A stretch of 63,901 nucleotides of DNA, filler included, from Reclinomonas americana ATCC 50394 (GCA_048213135.1; 23 parts of 23 records of this genome joined end to end with filler, not necessarily neighbours in it), one strand, 5' to 3'. Shown: positions 1-16,114, numbered from the whole stretch's first letter. The notes: generated from the sequence alone by a model not told the origin. Program-made: numbers and translations.

Positions 1-325
1 GCACACACGCACACACAGAGAGTGAGAGAGTGAGTGAGAGACAGAGAGAGAAATCACAGTCAACCGCACACACCCTCAAATCGCGCCTCGCGTTCCAACC
101 CATAGGAGAGCGCCTCAAAGTCGATCTGCCCGAGCATCGATCGCACTCGACGATATGTGTGTGAGAGAGTGTGAGATACAGAGATTTGGGCGCGAAAATT
201 GCTGTTTTCTCCCGCCATTTCTCGACTTATGTCGAGTACAACGTGCGCTCCAGTCGGGAAGGTGGCATGAAGTAGTTTCTTTACTCTATATTGAGGGGTA
301 TGTGGTGGGCCGCCTGCTGCACGCC

Positions 326-2944
326 TCACTGTTTCGGCTCGAGCGGAATCCGCACTTGCATCGGTCGCGGCTCCTCGTGAACTGCCTTCGAATTCGTCAT
401 CTGTGAGGTTGCCACGCTCGACGCTGCCGGACGCTGGTTCTCGTCACTCGCAACCGGGTCAAGTTTCGAGACGCCGATATGGCAGTCGATTCTAGCAGTG
501 ACGGCGGTGGCCGCCACAGCCGGAGCGTCAGCAGGGCGTTCGGTAACCGCTGCGGAAACGCCAGCAGGAGCAGAAAACTCCATGCGGCTCACATGCATGC
601 AGAAACTGTGAGCCAGTGCCTCTTGCGCCGTCAGGCGTCGCTGCGGCTTGTCAATCAGCAAGGCGCTTACAAGCTGAATGCCCTGCAAGAATCGAGCATG
701 CGCGGCGACATTGTCGGCCTCCGCCAGCTCCTCGGCCTCTTGATACAACAACTCGATGAGCGTGGTCGCCAAGTCGATCGGCTCCACGTGAGGCAGAAAA
801 GAATCGATCTGCACCAGCTTCCGCTGCAGCAGCGCCTCGGCAATCACCACGCCTGCACTCCACATATCCGACGCGAAGCTCCACTCGCCCACCTCGTCTT
901 CGTCCGTCGCCGCCAGTGGATCAGGCAACGACTCCGGAGCCTGCGCGCGCACATGTGCGTACATATCAACGCCCCCAAGTATTTAGCACACAACTCGTGG
1001 AACAGACAGGAAGCGGCGAGTCAGAGCGCAACAAGGTAGCCCACGGTGCCTCCACGGCCGATATACGGCAAGTCACCGTTTCCGATGAAGCGTGCGTGGC
1101 CCCAGTCAACCAGCACAGCCACCATTGACTGCGACGAAAAGCAGACATTGTCGCATTTCACGTCGCGGTGAATGTAACCGTGCGAAGCTGCGTGCGCCAG
1201 TGCCGCCAGCAGGTGCCGCGTCAATGCACACGCCTCATCGACAGTGCGAGGCCAGTCATTGCCGTAGTACGGCGTGGTGAGCCCGAACCATTGGTGGCGG
1301 TGAGCAATGTTGGAGGGGATCGGGATCGGCAACGGACCCCAGTTGAGTACGCGAGGAATGGAGAGCACCGTGGGCGACGCAATCCGCAAAAGTACTTGAG
1401 CCTCGTGCAGACACCCGAAAGCGTCGACAACGCTCGGAGCACATTCGCTGCAGTTGACCCACTTGACGACCCACTGCCGGCAGCCATCTGCAAAAAACGT
1501 GACCCAGATCAGCAATGGAAAGAAAACAATGATCAGCAGATCGAGCCATGAACAAGTCACTCACCGTCGTGCAACACCACGCGACGTTTCGCACCAGGCA
1601 CTAGGTTTCTCGACGTGGCTGGCCTCAGTCCGGCAGGTTTTGCTGAAGTGTATTCTGCAACCTTGTTGGCACTGTTCCCGATTTCATGGTGTTTCGGATC
1701 TGAAGAGATGGGTACCCACGTGGGGAGAGATTGCTGTCGCCGACCACCACGAATAGCCTCCGTGAGCAACTCTTGACTCCGACACATTGCCAAGAACATT
1801 CGCGTCATTGCAATCACGAGTGACTCCTGAGTTGCGCCTGCATCGTAAGAATGCTCAGATGAACAAAACACCCATGACTCACAAGCACGAATGCCTGCGC
1901 GCGGACAAACGTACCAAATCTCGGCACCCACGTGCCCACCAGTGAAACGAGAACAGCGAATTTATCGCCATCTCCGCACAGCGCCGGATCAAGGCGAAAC
2001 GCCAGTATCGCAAGAGACTGACCCGTTGCCAGCATTGCGAAGCAGCGCAGTTGACGTCTTGCATCCGTGGCACGCAATGTGTGGGCCATCATCAGCATGT
2101 TGCCGGTCATGTTCCACACAACCTTGACAAAGTCCTTGTGTTCGCTGTCAGCACCGAAGGCGATTGGCAAGCCGACTCTGAGGGCGCTGAACCGGGTGCC
2201 GCGAGGACCGACACGAATCGGCTTCTCCGTATAGGTATTCGGGAACGCCGCCGTGCTAATTCGTGCACAAACGAGTGAGATTCGCGGTACAATAACACGC
2301 GACAACAAAAACGCTCGTGCACCTTACGAAACATTTTGTCAATGACTGCAGGTTGGAAAAGCTCTGGAGCAGGCCCGCAAGCAATTCCTGCCATGCACAG
2401 CACCTCGAACTGCTCGCCCACGGCGGCCAAAATATTGCAGTCGGGTCGCACGGCTCCCATCACGTGCTCGAATCGAGTCGGGAGTCCGTGGTCCGTGAAG
2501 CACTGGAACACGTCGGCCAGATTGTGATGCGACACAGTGCTCTCATGATACGGACAGGTGAGCCTGGCAAGTTCTGCAAGCGACACCCGCGTGTCTCCAC
2601 CCACGGTCGATGAATCAGGAGTCGATGCACCAGGCGCTGACACATCAGAGTCCGACTCTGAAAGCTCCAGTTTGTCGGCCTCGGCCGGCGCACCAGACCC
2701 CGATGCACCAGTATCATCGTCCGCGCTGGGGTCGTCAGCGGAGGTATCCACTTTGACGTCCTCACACGGGCCTTTCGCAAGAGCTGACAGATCAGTGAGG
2801 TGAAGAATGAAAGCGAGAATCACGGACTCAGCAACAACACACACACCTTTCCCAAAATATTGCTCTGCACCCTTGGCATAACGCACGAATTTGCGCACGG
2901 CTCGCCTCATGCACTTGATGAACGAGGTCAATCGTGACAGATTA
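326..2944 (-). CDS. Ser/Thr-type protein kinase with long N-terminal extension (5' partial, spliced)
   Basis: Spliced model gives VVK, HEAQVL, HRDVKCDN, DWG, GTVGYL^APE (intron 941-1032), SDMWSAG and RLTAQEALAH. Further introns at 1488-1564, ~1839-1914, 2256-2332 and ~2785-2846. Confidence 0.85.
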
Positions 2945-3018
2945 CTGCGACAGAGAACCACAGCGAGTTTGTCAGATGAAACTCTCTCCTCAGCGCCACC
3001 ACAAATCGAAAAGAGTGG

Positions 3019-3118
3019 NNNNNNNNNNNNNNNNNNNNNNNNNNNNNNNNNNNNNNNNNNNNTTAATTAATTAANNNNNNNNNNNNNNNNNNNNNNNNNN
3101 NNNNNNNNNNNNNNNNNN
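3019..3118. other. Artificial scaffold spacer (N44-TTAATTAATTAA-N44), first of 22
   Basis: The same 100-nt linker with stops in all six frames recurs, e.g. at 6892, 8080, 9633, 10962, 12310, 31188, 43717 and 62632. Genes such as EFHC and sideroflexin continue across it. Confidence 0.97.
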
Positions 3119-3129
3119 CGTTGTTGCAG

Positions 3130-6100
3130 TCGTCATCTCCCCGAGCAACATCGCCATCAGAACCGGCACCGCTGGCCAGATCGTTGACATCAGTGTCGCT
3201 GGCTCGGCGATTGCCTGGTCGACTGCCTCCACTGCCACTCTCTTCCTCGACCGCGCGTGCACTGGCGTGTCGCCCACCTCCGTAGTTAACTCCAGCACCA
3301 TCTCTGCTGCCTCGCTCACCTTTAATGCGTCTGGTGATGTCAATGGTGGTGAGCGATACCTGTGCATCGACATGGACGGTGCGGGCGCGGCCGCGCGCAA
3401 CGAGTTTGTCGCCACTGTGTTTGTCTGTTGCGTCTCCATCACTCTCATCATGATATGTGCGTCCTCCGACTGACTCCATCCTCTCCTTCCCTTCCCTTCT
3501 CACACGCAGACACCCTTGGTTCGCAAAACAAGTCGCCGCAGCTGGTCAATGGTCTCGCCGACTTTCGGCTGACGGTGGCTGGCCAGCACTTTGCCAATCG
3601 TGAGCTGGGTACTGGCGGCTCGTTCGGCCTGTACTCGGCCGCCGATTGTAGCGGGTCGACGGCACCAAACTCGAGCATCACTCTGCAGTCCAGCGATCCG
3701 GCTGGTCTCTACACTGTGTTCTCGGTGGCCACTGGCGCATTGTTCGCGCAGGGTGCGCTGGGTGTGACGGCCGCCGGCTCGTGCTCGCTGGTGACACCGG
3801 GCGTGTACTATCTGTGTGGCAAGTTGCGTTGATGTGCGGGAGAGAAAGGGAAACACTCAGTAATTTGTAATCATGTGAGGTCCGCCGCCTCCAACAGATG
3901 TGGAGAGAGAGAGAGAGGAGAAGAGTTGAGACGAGAAGAGAAGATGAGGGAGGTTAAACGGAAGAGAAGAGAAAGAACCAGAAAGAAGAGAAGAGACGCT
4001 TGTGTGATTCGAGTCTGGCTCCCCCCTCTGCACTCCTGATGTTCCTGCTGCTGGTCTTCTTTCTCTTCGTGTCTCTTAACTTAATCACGCGCTCACTCCA
4101 CTCTCCTTCTCCTTCTCGCTCCTCTTCTCCCTCTCTTTTTTCTTTATTCCGATTCCTCTCCTGCTTCCTCCTCTCCTTCCTCTCATCCTTTCCCTCTCCC
4201 TCTGCCTCCTTCCTCTATCTTTTTTATTCATTTCGCCCTCCTCTACCATCAGATTCCAGGCCGGTGGCACCACCGTGTACCGCCTGCAACCCCTCCCGCT
4301 CATTGTGACTGCCGCCTCATCGGCACCTGTGGTTTCCTTTGCCAATCCGCCCGTGCTCAAGTACGGCATTGCCAACTCGATTGTGATTGGTTCCACCACT
4401 GAGAACCTGACCGACTGCACGAGCTTCAAGCTGGTGCCGGTCGGCGTCGATTGCTCCACTCTGTCGGACTACTCGACGCTGACGGGCGGTGTTGGCGCGT
4501 CGTTCGTGGGCGCCGGTGCCGACACGTGTGAGTTTGCGACTGGCTGCCGCGTGTTCCGCGCGACCATCACGCCAAATGGATCGAGTGGCGGCGGTGCCTA
4601 CAAGTTGTGTGTGGCGGCCAACAACGGACCGTACGTGTCGGCGGAGGAGTCGTTCACTGCCGGATTCATGACGGCCGGTGGTCTCAGTGCGAGCAGCAGC
4701 GCGGCACCCACATCTTCGCTGTCGACCGCTGATGTCATGGACAGCAGCCCTGCCACCCCCAAGCCGAGCATGTCAACACTGGCAGTGACGGCAACCACGA
4801 TCCAGTTCACTTTCGCACGCGAGTTCTACCGCCGCCCGCGCGTGTTGCTCGGCTTTGCCAGTGTCGGTCGTCAGGGCGCCGCTGGCCCAATTTCCACTCT
4901 TGCCAACGATCCGACTGACGGCACGTTCGCATTCTGTGCGGAGCCGGTGGTGACTGCGGCGCAACTGTCGACTCGATGCCATGGCGTGTCAAGTGACGGC
5001 CAGCTGGGACCCACCATCACACTAAGTTGCGTTCACTACGATGAAGGACAAGGCATTGAAGTGTGTGACTCATCATCTTCCCTCCGCTTTTCTGCATGTG
5101 CAGGCTACCTGGCGTACTACGTGCATCAGACGAATGCTCTATCGATGGATGGTCAGCGCACGCTGACAAGCGCAGCGTGGGCGTCGGATGCGGTAAACAA
5201 GAACAGCTCAACTGTTGTGTGATTTTGTGTACTGTCGTCTCTCTCTCGCGCCTGCTCATCCAGCTTACTCCGTATCATGCACAGTTGGTCAGCGTGTCAT
5301 CCGCGTACCAGTTTGCGTCGGTGCCTGCCGTTCCCGTGGCCGTGATCGGTGTAATGTCGATGCGCCAGTCAGTTGCCGGCAATGATGGACGCGTTCGCGG
5401 CGATAATTTTTCGGTGACAAGCAACTCAGCCTCGCGCTCGAGTTTCGTCATCAAGGGCACGGTGAACGGCGACTCGCGCATTGAAGCGGTATCGGCACGC
5501 TTTGTTGTGGCACCGACACGCCCCGACAACACCAACAACAGCGGATTCGTCATGCTGTCGGGAGGTGCGTTCTCATCCTCCCCCTTGGTCGGAGTGACAT
5601 CAGGTTGTCTCTTTGCCTGACCCCTTGCGTGTGGCGCAGAGACGACGCACACCGGCGCAGCGACGACGCAGACCGCCAGTCTGGCGGCTTTGTCGACACC
5701 GAATGGCCTGCTGCGCGCCACCATCAGTGTGCAGCTGTTCCTGCGTGGGTGGAAGTCGTCGGCAGTCGTTGTGCAGAACCGCATCGATCAGCAGTCGCTA
5801 CAGTTCACCACCAAGCGCCTCGGCAATGAGGACTATGTGACGGCGATCTCGTACAGCGCCAGCGGGGCCGACGCGTCCGACATTGAGTATGTGACATGGG
5901 TGGCGATTGGTCGTGCGGCGCAAGGCGCGCCGATCTCGTGCCCTGTCGGCTACAGCGGCTCCAACTGCGGCGTGTGCACGCTGGCCGACGGTACCACGAC
6001 GTGCTCACTGAACCGACGTGCGGTGCTGAGCTGCGCCTATGGCACCACTCAGATTGTTGCTGAGTGTGCCGAGGGTCGCGAGTGCTTTGAGGCTTACGGC

Positions 6101-6891
6101 TCGGCACAATGTGGATGCTCGGCGAACGGTGCTGTGTGCTTGAATGGCGGCGACTGCTGCTCTGGCAGCTGTGATTCTGGTCTGTGTGTGTCAGCGTGCA
6201 GTCCGACCACCACGTGCTCTGGTCATGGAACGTGCAAGAGCGACGGAACATGCCAGTGCGATACCGACTATTACGGTGCATCGTGCAGTGTGAACTGTGT
6301 GGCGTCCTCGACGTGCTCCGGCAACGGAGCTTGTAAGAGTGACGGCACTTGCCAGTGCAACAACAACTATTACGGTGCATCATGCAATGTGAACTGCGTG
6401 GCGGGCACGACGTGCTCGGGCCACGGAACGTGCAAGACAAACGGCACGTGTCTGTGCACGGGCGACTACACCAATGCCAGCTGCAACTGCAGTCCCACCG
6501 TCACGTGCTCTGGTCACGGTACATGCAAGACTGACGGCACGTGTCTGTGCACGGGCGACTACACCAATGCCAGCTGCAACTGCAGTCCCACTGCGACGTG
6601 CTCTGGTCACGGTACATGCAAGACTGACGGCACGTGTCAGTGCGACACTGACTATTACGGTGCATCGTGCAACGTGAACTGCGTGGCGGCGACCACGTGC
6701 TCCGGCCACGGAACGTGCAAGACTGACGGCACGTGTCTGTGCACGGGTAACTACGCCTATGCCAGCTGCAACTGCAGTCCCACCGTCACGTGCTCTGGTC
6801 ACGGTACATGCAAGACTGACGGCACGTGTCTGTGCACGGGCGACTACACCAACGCCAGCTGCAACTGCAGTCCCACTGCGACGTGCTCTGG
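3130..6891 (+). CDS. Putative extracellular protein, copy 1: Ser/Thr/Gly-rich beta region, three H-type-lectin-like segments, EGF-like repeat array (both ends missing)
   Basis: Introns 3427-3509, 3823-4252, 5026-5103, 5214-5284 and 5565-5639 join one frame. Lectin-like motifs TIQFTFAREFYRRPRVLLGF, QFASVPAVPVAV and EYVTWVAIG (domain call by eye); CSGHGTC repeats at the 3' end. Confidence 0.7.
6197..6891 (+). repeat. Coding tandem EGF-like repeats (93/99-nt units, at least 7.5 units)
   Basis: CSPTxT or CVAxxT + CSGHGTCKxDGT + CQCDTDYYGASCxVN or CLCTGDYTNASCN; the array runs into a gap. Confidence 0.9.
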
Positions 6892-7315
6892 NNNNNNNNN
6901 NNNNNNNNNNNNNNNNNNNNNNNNNNNNNNNNNNNTTAATTAATTAANNNNNNNNNNNNNNNNNNNNNNNNNNNNNNNNNNNNNNNNNNNNACGTGCACA
7001 TGCACACACACACATACGCGCGCGCGGCATGCTCGACCACTTGTGTGTTTGTGATTCTGTGTGGTCTCCTACATGCGTACATTCTCCAACGAACACGTGT
7101 GATACCGCTGCACTGTGCGCGCGCGCAGAAAACTTCAGTATGTCTGCCTCTTTGCGGCACTCTCCTCCTTCCCTTCTCTGTGTCATTCCTTGCCACACTG
7201 TCTGCCTTGATTTTATCTCCGTGTTCGTTGCGCGCGAAAAGTTAACCGTTGGCATGCATCTCTTTTCGCGCGCAAACTCCATTTGTTGTTCTCCCTCTCT
7301 CCTTCGTTGTTGCAG

Positions 7316-9632
7316 TCGTCATCTCCCCGAGCAACATCGCCATCAGAACCGGCACCGCTGGCCAGATCGTTGACATCAGTGTCGCTGGCTCGGCCATTGC
7401 CTGGTCGCCTGCCTCCACTGCCACTCTCTTCCTCGACCGCGCGTGCACTGGCGTGTCGCCCACCGCTGTCCTTAACTCCAGCACCATCTCTGCTGCCTCG
7501 CTCACTTTTAATGCGTCGGGTGATGTCCATGGTGGTGAGCGATACCTGTGCATCGACGTGGACGGTGCGGGCGCGGCCGCGCGCAACGAGTTTGCGGCCA
7601 CTGTGTTTGTCTGTTGCGTCTCCATCACTCTCCCTCGCCTGTGCCTCCTCCGACTGACTCCATCCTCTCCTTCCCTTCCCTTCTCACACGCAGACACCCT
7701 TGGTTCGCAAAACAAGTCGCCGCAGCTGGTCAATGGTCTCGCCGACTATCGCCTGACGGTGGCTGGTCAGCACTTTGCCAATCGTGAGCTGGGTACTGGC
7801 GGCTCGTTCGGCCTGTACTCGGCCGCCGATTGCAGCGGGTCGACGGCACCAAACTCGAGCATCACTCTGCAATCCAGCGATCCGGCTGGTCTCTACACTG
7901 TGTTCTCGGTGGCCACTGGTGCATCGTTCGCGCAGGGTGCGCTGGGTGTGGCGGCCGCCGGCTCGTGCTCGCTGGTGACACCGGGCGTGTACTATCTGTG
8001 TGGCAAGTTGCGTTGATGGGCGGGAGAGAAAGGGAAACACTCAGTAATTTGTAATCATGTGAGGTCCGCCGCCTCCAAGNNNNNNNNNNNNNNNNNNNNN
8101 NNNNNNNNNNNNNNNNNNNNNNNTTAATTAATTAANNNNNNNNNNNNNNNNNNNNNNNNNNNNNNNNNNNNNNNNNNNNGAGAAGAGAGACGGAAAGAAG
8201 AGAAGAGACGCTTGTGTGATTCTAGTCTCGCTCCCCCCTCTGCACTCCTGATGTTCCTGCTACTGTTGTTCTTTCTCTCTCCCTCTCGGACACTCCATTT
8301 CGTGTCTCTTAACTTAATCACACGCTCACTCCACTCTCCTTCTCCCTCTCGCCCCACTTCTCCCTCTCTTTTCTTTTTCCGATTCCTCCTCTCCTTCCTC
8401 TCCTCCTTTCCCTCTCCGTCCCTATCCCTCCCTATCCCTCCCTCTCCCTCCCTCTCCCTCCCTCTCCCTCCCTCTCCCTCTCTCATTCATTTCGCCATTC
8501 TCTACCATCAGATTCCAGGCCGGTGGCACCACCGTGTACCGCCTGCAACCCCTCCCGCTCATTGTGACTGCCGCCTCATCGACGCCGGTGATCTCCTTTG
8601 CCAATCCGCCCGTGCTCAAGTACGGCATCGCCAACTCGATTGTGATTGGCTCCACCTCTGAGAACCTCACCGACTGCACGAGCTTCAAGCTGGTGCCGGT
8701 CGGCGTCGATTGCTCCACTCTGTCGGACTACTCGACGCTGACGGGCAGCGTAGGCGCGTCGTTCGTGGGCGCCGGTGCCGACACGTGTGAGTTTGCGACT
8801 GGCTGCCGCGTGTTCCGCGCGACCATCACGCCAAATGGATCGAGTGGCGGCGGTGCCTACAAGTTGTGTGTGGCGGCCAACAACGGACCGTACATGTCGT
8901 CGGGGGAGTCATTCACTGCCGGATTCATGACGGCCGGTGGTCTGAGTGCGAGCAGCAGCGCGGCGCCCACATCCTCGCTGTCGACCGCTGACGACATGGA
9001 CAGCAGCCATGCCACCCCGAAGCCGAACATGTCAACACTGGCAGTGACGGCAACCACGATCCAGTTCACGTTTGCTCGCGAGTTCTACCGCCGTCCGCGC
9101 GTGTTGCTCGGCTTTGCCAGTGTCGGTCGTCAGGGCGCCGCTGGCCCAATTTCCACTCTTGCCAACGAGCCGACTGACGGCACGTTCGCATTCTGTGCGG
9201 AGCCGGTGGTGACTGCGGCGCAACTGTCGACTCGATGCCATGGCGTGTCGACTGACGGCCAGCCGGGACCCACTATCACACTAAGTTGCGTTCACTACGA
9301 TGAAGGACAAGGCATTGAAGTGTGTGACTCATCATCTTCCCTCCGCTTTTCTGCATGTGCAGGCTACCTGGCGTACTATGTGCATCAGACGAATACTCTG
9401 TCGATGGACGGTCAGCGCACGCTGACAAGCAAGGCGTGGGCGTCGGATGCGGTAAACAAGAACAGCTCAACTGTTGCGTGATTTTTGTGTACTGTCGTCT
9501 CTCTCGTGCCTGCTCATCCAGCTTACTCCGTATCATGCACAGTTGGTAAGCGTGTCATCCGCGTACCAGTTTGCGTCGGTGCCTGCCGTTCCCGTGGCCG
9601 TTATCGGTGTCATGTCGATGCGCCAGTCGGTT
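7316..9632 (+). CDS. Lectin-like/EGF protein, copy 2 (partial)
   Basis: Near-identical to copy 1 in exons, with the same intron positions (donors 7613, 8007, 9285, 9473). Confidence 0.7.
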
Positions 9633-10043
9633 NNNNNNNNNNNNNNNNNNNNNNNNNNNNNNNNNNNNNNNNNNNNTTAATTAATTAANNNNNNNNNNNN
9701 NNNNNNNNNNNNNNNNNNNNNNNNNNNNNNNNACATGCACATGCACAGACACACGGCATGCTCGACCACTTGTGTGTTTGTGATTCTGTGTGGTCTCCTA
9801 CATGCGTACATTCTCCAACGAACACGTGTGATACCGCTGCACTGTGCGCGCGCGCAGAAAACTTCAGTATGTCTGCCTCTTTGCGGCACTCTCCTCCTTC
9901 CCTTCTCTGTGTCATTCCTTGCCACACTGTCTGCCTTGATTTTATCTCCGTGTTCGTTGCGCGCGAAAGTCAACCGTTGGCATGCATCTCTTTTCGCGCG
10001 CAAACTCCATTTGTTGTTCTCCCTCTCTCCTTCGTTGTTGCAG

Positions 10044-12309
<2,266 letters not shown>

Positions 12310-12409
12310 NNNNNNNNNNNNNNNNNNNNNNNNNNNNNNNNNNNNNNNNNNNNTTAATTAATTAANNNNNNNNNNNNNNNNNNNNNNNNNNNNNNNNNNN
12401 NNNNNNNNN

Positions 12410-13419
12410 CTGTGGCGATTGGTGGTCAGATTTACACTTCCACTGACTCTGGGGTGACATGGACGCCTCGTGACTCCACTCGTGACTGGATATCAGTAAC
12501 CTCCAACAGTGACGGCACCAAGTTGGTGGCTGGGGTTCGCAGCGGGCAGATGTTTACCTCCACTGACTCTGGCGTGACATGGACTGGGGTGACTTCCGAA
12601 GGGCTACATGGGAAGAATACCTGGCAGTCTGTCGCCTCCAGCAGTGACGGCACGAAGCTTGTTGCAGCTGTGCTAGGGGGTCAGTTGTACACCTCCACTG
12701 ACTCGGGCGTGACATGGACTGCTCGTGAAGCCACGCGCAGTTGGCAATCTGTGGCCTCTAGCAACGATGGCACCAAGCTGGTGGCAGTTGAGCAAGGTGG
12801 CCAGATCTACACCTCCACTGACTCTGGAGTGACGTGGACTGCTCGTGATTCCGCTCGCTTCTGGACCGCAGTGGCCTCCAGCAGTGACGGCACCAATTTG
12901 GTGGCTGTAGCTTTCTTTGGGCAGATCTACAACTCCACTGACTCTGGCGTGACATGGACGGCTCGTGAATCCAGTCGCCGGTGGCTTGGAGTGGCCTCCA
13001 GCAGCGATGGCACCAAGCTGGTGGCTGTGGTGAATAGTCGCCAGATTTACACCTCCACTGACTCTGGCGTGACGTGGACTGCTCGTGATTCCAATCGCGG
13101 CTGGAGTGGAGTGGCCTCCAGCAGTGAAGGCACCAAGCTGGTGGCAATTGAGCAAGGTGGCCAGATCTACACCTCCACTGACTCGGGTGTGACATGGACT
13201 GCTCGTGATTCCGCTCGTGACTGGACTGCAGTGGCCTCCAGCAGTGACGGCACGAAGCTGGCGGCTGTGGGGAACAACGATCAGCTGTACATCTCCACTG
13301 ACTCTGGTGTGACGTGGACACCTCGCGATTCCAATCGCATCTGGCTGTCAGTGGCGTTAACCAGTGACGGCACCCAGATTGTGGCCGTTGCGGATCAGGT
13401 GTACACTTTCCCGTGCTGA
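12410..13419 (+). CDS. BNR/Asp-box repeat beta-propeller, intronless, 5' partial
   Basis: Eight YxSTDSGVTW-type Asp boxes in ~40-aa (120-nt) units alternating with WxxVASSSDGTKLVA; stop TGA ends at 13419. Confidence 0.85.
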
Positions 13420-13571
13420 TCGCTGTCCAGCTGTTTCGTGTTCACAGCGGTGATGTGTTCGTGAGGGAAACTGCCATCACGCAATCTCGTACGACTTCGT
13501 CCTTTTCCTTGTCCTCCTGTCCATCGCATCCCTCCCTCGTCGATGATCATCAGCTCGACGTCAAGCCCTTT

Positions 13572-13633
<62 letters not shown>

Positions 13634-14052
13634 NNNNNNNNNNNNNNNNNNNNNNNNNNNNNNNNNNNNNNNNNNNNTTAATTAATTAANNNNNNNNNNN
13701 NNNNNNNNNNNNNNNNNNNNNNNNNNNNNNNNNTTCTTTCTTTCTTTCTCTCTCTCTTCTTTCCACAATCACTCCGCATTCTCTCTAGCTCTGTCTGTGC
13801 TTGTGTGTCTGCGTGAGTCTTTGTGTGCAGGCAGTCATCTCTCTCTCTCCCTCCTCTCTCTCTCTCTCGCACACTGTCTCTCCGCTTTACTGGTTGTTTG
13901 TTGTCTCTGTCATTTCTCAATTGCTTTCCTCTCTCTCTCTCTCTCTCGCCTTACTTTTCTGTTTCTCCGTCTCACTCACTCTGCTTCCTTCCTCCCTCCT
14001 TCACTCACTCACTCCTTGCCTTTCCTCTCTCTCCCTCTCTCTCCCTTCCCAG

Positions 14053-14429
14053 GCCTCATTCTCGACGTGGGCGCCAACCAAGCCGGCTGCTCTGCCGTGT
14101 CCGCCATGCTTGGACACCCGGTGATTGCCTTTGAGGCGATTGAGGAGAACGCCAGCATGATTGCGGCCAACATGGAGAAGTTTGGTGTGCCGCGCTCCAT
14201 GGTGCGCGTGGTCACTGGCGCAGTGTGGGATCAGGCGGGCGAGAGCAAGTTCTTTGATCCGCAGCCGAGAGTGGATTACGATGGGCAGATGGTGACAGTG
14301 GAGGCGGCGGGTAAGGAGGCGGGGAGGACGGTGCGAGAGGTGACGACGGTGACGATTGATCAGCATGTGCATGAGGATGTGTTGTTGATGAAGGTGGACG
14401 TGGAGGGGTGTGAGGCGAGGGCCATAAAG
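14053..14429 (+). CDS. FkbM-family SAM-dependent methyltransferase (internal exon)
   Basis: LDVGAN, VIAFEA, GAVWD, TID and LLMKVDVEGCE motifs; flanked by polypyrimidine-AG and AG|GTGAGG. Confidence 0.8.
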
Positions 14430-14689
14430 GTGAGGTGGGGAGGGGAAGGGAGGGGGAGATTGGGAGAGGAAAGAAAGCCGGCATGTTAAGCGAGAGAGAG
14501 AGAATCTCTTGAGGGATTGAGGCATAGGTTATTGATCTGAGACACGCAAGGAGGCAAGTCTGAAGAATGAGCAGCGAATGAGAGAGAATGAGAATGAGAG
14601 AGAGAAAGAGAGAGAGTCCTCAAAACGGAAGTGTGTCATGAGGGGATGCCAAGGGAGAGAACTGAAGTGGGTAAGAAGGCTGGAGAAAG

Positions 14690-14713
14690 ATTTGTTGTTG
14701 TTGTTGTTGTTGC

Positions 14714-14752
<39 letters not shown>

Positions 14753-14904
14753 CGTGCCTCTGTAAATGCGGGATGTGAGTCAAAAGAGGAAGCGGCGAGA
14801 CAAAGGAGCGAATGGAAGCGGGTGCGAATTGTGTGACGCTCGTGTAGGCTGGGAAATTGATTTGTCGTTGTTGTTGTTGTTGTTGTTGTTGTTGTTGCTG
14901 CTGC

Positions 14905-14947
<43 letters not shown>

Positions 14948-15099
14948 CTTGCGTGTGTGTGTGTAAGAGAGAGGGAGAGGGAGACGGGTTACTGCTGATG
15001 AGAGATGTGAGTCAAACGAGGAAGCGGCGAGATAAAGGAGCAAACGGAAGTGGGTGTGAACTGTGTGACGCTCGTGTAGGCTGGGAAATTGATTTGTCG

Positions 15100-15191
<92 letters not shown>

Positions 15192-15193
15192 AT

Positions 15194-15236
<43 letters not shown>

Positions 15237-15260
15237 CGTGCCTCTGCAGATGCGGGATGC
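14690..15260. repeat. ~235-bp tandem unit containing (TTG)n-(GT)n-(GA)n microsatellites
   Basis: The block gtgagtcaaa...gtgtgacgctcgtgtaggctgggaaattgatttgtcg starts at ~14776 and ~15007; each copy is followed by the compound microsatellite. Confidence 0.8.
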
Positions 15261-16114
15261 GAGAGAAACGGTGCGAAAGAAGGGAGCGGGAGATGAATGG
15301 GCGACAGAAGGCGAGACGTCGTCCAAGAGGCTTGAAGGAGGCTGCCTCATAAGTAACAGTTGTTTGTGATTAACGGAGGGGGTAGAACGTTGTGGTGTGA
15401 GAGAGACGGGTTACTGCAGATGAGGGATGTGATTCATTTGGGAGAGAGAAAGAGCGAAAGTAGGACGGGATGGAGAGGAATAAGTCGACCAAGCAAGAAT
15501 GTCAGTGTTTGTGAGGCTGTTGAAGAGAGCGGNNNNNNNNNNNNNNNNNNNNNNNNNNNNNNNNNNNNNNNNNNNNTTAATTAATTAANNNNNNNNNNNN
15601 NNNNNNNNNNNNNNNNNNNNNNNNNNNNNNNNAAGATAAGGGGAGGAGAAGGGGAGGAGAAGCGGAGGAGAAGGGGAGGAGAAGCGGAGGCAAAGGAGAA
15701 GAAGAAGAGAAGAAGGTGGAGATTGAGAAGGAGGAGAACGGGGAGAAAGAGAACAGGGAGGAGAGGGGGGAGGAGGAGAAGAAGAAGAAGAGAGAGGAGA
15801 GACAAAGAGAGAGAAGGGCAAGAACGCAGAGAGGCGACAGAGAGGGCAAGAAGGGAGAGGTGCACAGACGCGCGAGAGACAACGAGAGAAGAGCCAGTGT
15901 GAGAGAGTGGATGAGAAGGAGTGAGGGAAGATGCGAGATGCATGCAAAGATGCAAGTCACTCACTCACACACACACACTGTCTGTGCAGTTACACGCAAC
16001 GAGACTCGCTCACGTCACTCTTCTTCTTGCTCTCCATCACACACACAAACACAAACAATCAAACGAAACAACCAATCAACAAACACACTCTTTCTTTACT
16101 TATCATATCACAAC

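Noticed and set aside
3063..3074. Recurrent TTAATTAATTAA palindrome
   Set aside because: Synthetic six-frame-stop linker inside N spacers.
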